DNA of 62,992 nucleotides, filler included, from Candidatus Babelota bacterium (GTDB lineage Bacteria; JAGOBX01): assembly GCA_017999075.1 (NCBI GenBank). It is 11 parts of 11 records of this genome, joined end to end, with 100 filler letters (N's around TTAATTAATTAA, not from the genome) between each part and the next. Parts side by side here need not be neighbours in the genome. Positions count along the whole stretch, not along the records: positions 60,192 to 62,992 come from JAGOBX010000545.1; 10 more parts are not named here. One strand, given 5' to 3'. The position numbers and the translations under genes are program-made. The notes beneath the pieces are model-generated. The model did no database searches. It was not told the origin of the DNA and worked only from the letters and a program-made list of their open reading frames with translations. This document shows, one piece after another, positions 60,277 to 62,992 of this stretch. How positions within the stretch are numbered: the stretch's first letter is position 1; every line of letters starts with the position of its first letter.

Positions 60277-62475
60277 ATGGAATTAATATCTTCTCAAAGT
60301 AAAGTTTTTGATATAAATGCTAACATTACTCCTTCAGAAAAAATTAAGACTGAAAAAGGGAATCCGTATAGACTTGGTTCTTCCATTACTGAGAAAGGTT
60401 GTAATTTTGCAGTGTTTTCACGTCATGCAACGGATATATATTTATTATTGTATGATGATTATAAAGATGTACTGCCTTCGAAGATAATAAAATTTGATGA
60501 AAAAATAAACAGAACCGGTGATATCTGGCATATTTTTGTTTATGGAATAAAACACGGGCAATATTACGGATATGCGGTTGATGGACCATACTGGCCGTTA
60601 AAATCCGGACACAGGTTTAATGTAAATAAACTTTTAATTGATCCTTATAGTAAAGCTGTAAGCGGAAACTATAATTGGGAAAAATGGGATTCATTCGGGT
60701 ATGAATTAGCAAGCAAACACGGAGATATTTCATTTAATGAAATAAATAATTACAATTCTGAAGTGAAAAGTATTGTTATAGATGATTCAAAATTTGATTG
60801 GGAAGACGATAAACAACTGAATATCCCATTAAAAGATTCTATAATATATGAATTGCACGTAAGGGCTTTTACAATGGACAAATCTTCTAATATTAATAAG
60901 CCTGGAACTTACATGGGAATAATAGAAAAAATACCTTATTTTAAAGAATTAGGCATTACAGCAATAGAATTATTGCCTATTCATGAATTTAATGAATCTG
61001 AAGTATATACTGTAAATCCCGTAACGAAAAAAAAATTGGTGAATTTCTGGGGATATTCTACACTGTCATTTTTTTCTCCTGATTCGTGGTATTCCACTTC
61101 AGGTTGCGGTCTTGATGCAGTTGAAGAGTTTAAAACATTGGTTAAAGAACTCCATAAAGCTGGAATTGAAATAATTCTGGATGTGGTATATAATCATACA
61201 GGAGAAGGAAATGAAAAAGGCCCGACTTTAAGTTTTCGGGGATTGGATAATTCTGTTTATTATATGCTCGAAAACGGAAGATACTACAAAAATTATTCTG
61301 GATGCGGGAATACATTTAACTGTAATCATCCTGTTGTAAAACGGTTGATACTTGACAGTTTGAGATATTGGGTAATTGATATGCATGTTGACGGATTCAG
61401 ATTTGATCTTGCAACAATACTCGGACGTGATCCTAACGGTTACTGGATACCTGAGCATTCGCTTCTTGCGGATATAGCCAAAGATCCTATTTTGTCTAAA
61501 ACAAAAATTATTTCTGAAAGCTGGGATGCGGGAGGATTATATAAAGTAGGTCAATTCCCGTTCGGATGGGCGGAATGGAATGGAAAATTTAGAGATGATG
61601 TGCGTTCTTTTATTAAAGGAACGTGCGGAGCAAGTGAATTTTCAAAACGGATTGCAGGCAGTCAGGATTTATTTCATTCTACTGAAAAATATCCGTATCA
61701 CAGTATAAATTATGTAACTTGTCATGATGGGTTTTGTTTGAATGATCTTGTGTCTTATAATGAAAAACATAATGAACAAAACGGTGAAAATAACCATGAT
61801 GGCGATAATAATAATTTGAGCTGGAATTGCGGAGTGGAAGGAACTGCAGGAGTAAATGAAAAAATTATTGAACTTCGAGATAGACAAATGAAAAATATGT
61901 TTTCTATTCTTTTGATAAGTTTAGGAACTCCTATGATATTATCAGGAGATGAAGTCAAGTTTTCTAAAAAGGGGAACAATAACACTTATTGTCAGGATAA
62001 TGAATTTAACTGGATAGATTGGGAGTTGCTTTCTAAAAATCGTGAATTTTTTGATTTTTGCAAGTATATGATAAAATTCAGAAAAAGACATCCGATATTA
62101 AGGAGAAGCAGATTTTTTACAGGTGTTGACAGCGGCGGAAATAATATTCCTGATATAAGCTGGCATGGTCTGGAATTAAATAAACCTGAGTGGGAGAAAA
62201 ATCATCCGTATATAGCTTTTTTAATGAATGGTTCTCTTGTCGAATCTACAGGACAAAATTATAACGATAATGATATTTATGTTGCTGTAAATGCAAGTGC
62301 AGAAGATTTGTCTTTTAATGTTCCTGCACCGAGAAAACACAGAATGTGGTATCAGTGCGTTAATACTTCTTTAAAACCTGGATACTTTGAAACAGGGAAA
62401 GAACTGAGAATTAAATCACCTGTAATTTTAGTTAAAAGCAAAACTATTGTAATATTGATTGATAAAGGAAGATAA
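60277..62475 (+). CDS. glgX: glycogen debranching enzyme/isoamylase (GH13)
   Basis: NFAVFSRHA, IYELHV, NFWGY, DVVYNHT, NYSGCGN, VDGFRFDLA, CHDGF, GNNNTYCQDN. Confidence 0.96.
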   Translation: MELISSQSKVFDINANITPSEKIKTEKGNPYRLGSSITEKGCNFAVFSRHATDIYLLLYDDYKDVLPSKIIKFDEKINRTGDIWHIFVYGIKHGQYYGYAVDGPYWPLKSGHRFNVNKLLIDPYSKAVSGNYNWEKWDSFGYELASKHGDISFNEINNYNSEVKSIVIDDSKFDWEDDKQLNIPLKDSIIYELHVRAFTMDKSSNINKPGTYMGIIEKIPYFKELGITAIELLPIHEFNESEVYTVNPVTKKKLVNFWGYSTLSFFSPDSWYSTSGCGLDAVEEFKTLVKELHKAGIEIILDVVYNHTGEGNEKGPTLSFRGLDNSVYYMLENGRYYKNYSGCGNTFNCNHPVVKRLILDSLRYWVIDMHVDGFRFDLATILGRDPNGYWIPEHSLLADIAKDPILSKTKIISESWDAGGLYKVGQFPFGWAEWNGKFRDDVRSFIKGTCGASEFSKRIAGSQDLFHSTEKYPYHSINYVTCHDGFCLNDLVSYNEKHNEQNGENNHDGDNNNLSWNCGVEGTAGVNEKIIELRDRQMKNMFSILLISLGTPMILSGDEVKFSKKGNNNTYCQDNEFNWIDWELLSKNREFFDFCKYMIKFRKRHPILRRSRFFTGVDSGGNNIPDISWHGLELNKPEWEKNHPYIAFLMNGSLVESTGQNYNDNDIYVAVNASAEDLSFNVPAPRKHRMWYQCVNTSLKPGYFETGKELRIKSPVILVKSKTIVILIDKGR

Positions 62476-62670
62476 TCCAGTATTTTAATTTTGAAGATTT
62501 TCTGAACTTTCAATTTGTTTGTTAAAAAAACACCTGCTGGAATCAAATTATCGCTGTATAAATAATAAGTAACACCTCTGTGTATGGTGTCTGCCTTTGG
62601 AACAAGATTATCCTAACTCATAATAAGTCCATGTAAATAAAAAAGTTATACAAAAAAATATAAAGTTTGC

Positions 62671-62699
62671 TTGACAACAGAATGAAAATGAGTTATATT
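62671..62699 (+). promoter_or_regulatory. possible promoter TTGACA-N17-TATATT
   Basis: In the long intergenic region ahead of an SD (AGAGG) and ATG at 62971 at the window end. Confidence 0.4.
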
Positions 62700-62992
62700 T
62701 AGGAAAACAAGGAAAAAAGAGAAAATATAGAAAAAACAAATAAGGTTCAGGTGAGTTTATGTTTTTATTAATTTTTTTTGCATTTTATGTGATTGGAAAA
62801 ATGCATTATAATTTTTAATAGATTAAAAATACAGTATGACTTTTTTAGCTTTTATATTTGATCAAATTAATTTTTGATCAAACTAATTAAGGAATGAAAT
62901 ATGAAATTATTTTTTTATTCCCTTGATTTTTTAAAAAAAAATATTATTATTTATTAAATAAGAGGTTGTTATGATTAAAATTACAATAAAAT

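Noticed and set aside
1-62992. tRNA, rRNA, prophage or integrase genes
   Set aside because: No such sequences recognised on either strand by inspection

Overview
AT-rich bacterial draft-genome window made of 11 contigs (about 13.2, 13.1 and 13.1 kb, then eight of about 2.8 kb) joined by artificial 100-nt N44-TTAATTAATTAA-N44 linkers, so adjacency across linkers carries no meaning. The content fits a diderm, probably anaerobic bacterium: ExbB/ExbD/TonB-like genes, a likely beta-barrel protein, a GT9 transferase, class III RNR (nrdDG), thiH and glycogen genes. Most of the window is housekeeping: pheA, rluB, speBA, rsmA, hisS-aspS, a DEAD-box helicase, infC-rpmI-rplT with an L20-type leader, gpmI and glgX. 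Two items stand out, and the key small genes in both are missing from the ORF track. (1) A small minus-strand peptide at 42613-42723 has a YxxPxL leader and a Cys-rich, Asp9-containing putative core. It has its own promoter and lies directly downstream of a divergent lasso-B2-like Cys/His peptidase gene, suggesting an undescribed RiPP locus cut by a contig end. (2) A GxxExxY (PD-(D/E)xK-like) gene with a premature stop sits inside a permease/thioredoxin operon, bracketed by a periodic 33-bp direct repeat and an inverted copy. Also present: an IS1634 remnant, a decayed Phd/RelE-type toxin-antitoxin pair, a tandem DUF342 protein with an internal Jag_N-like domain, a 988-aa TonB-like protein, a 270-bp CBM48 tandem repeat, and a 244-bp overlap that joins two contigs through rluB. 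All calls come from manual motif recognition; no database searches were run.
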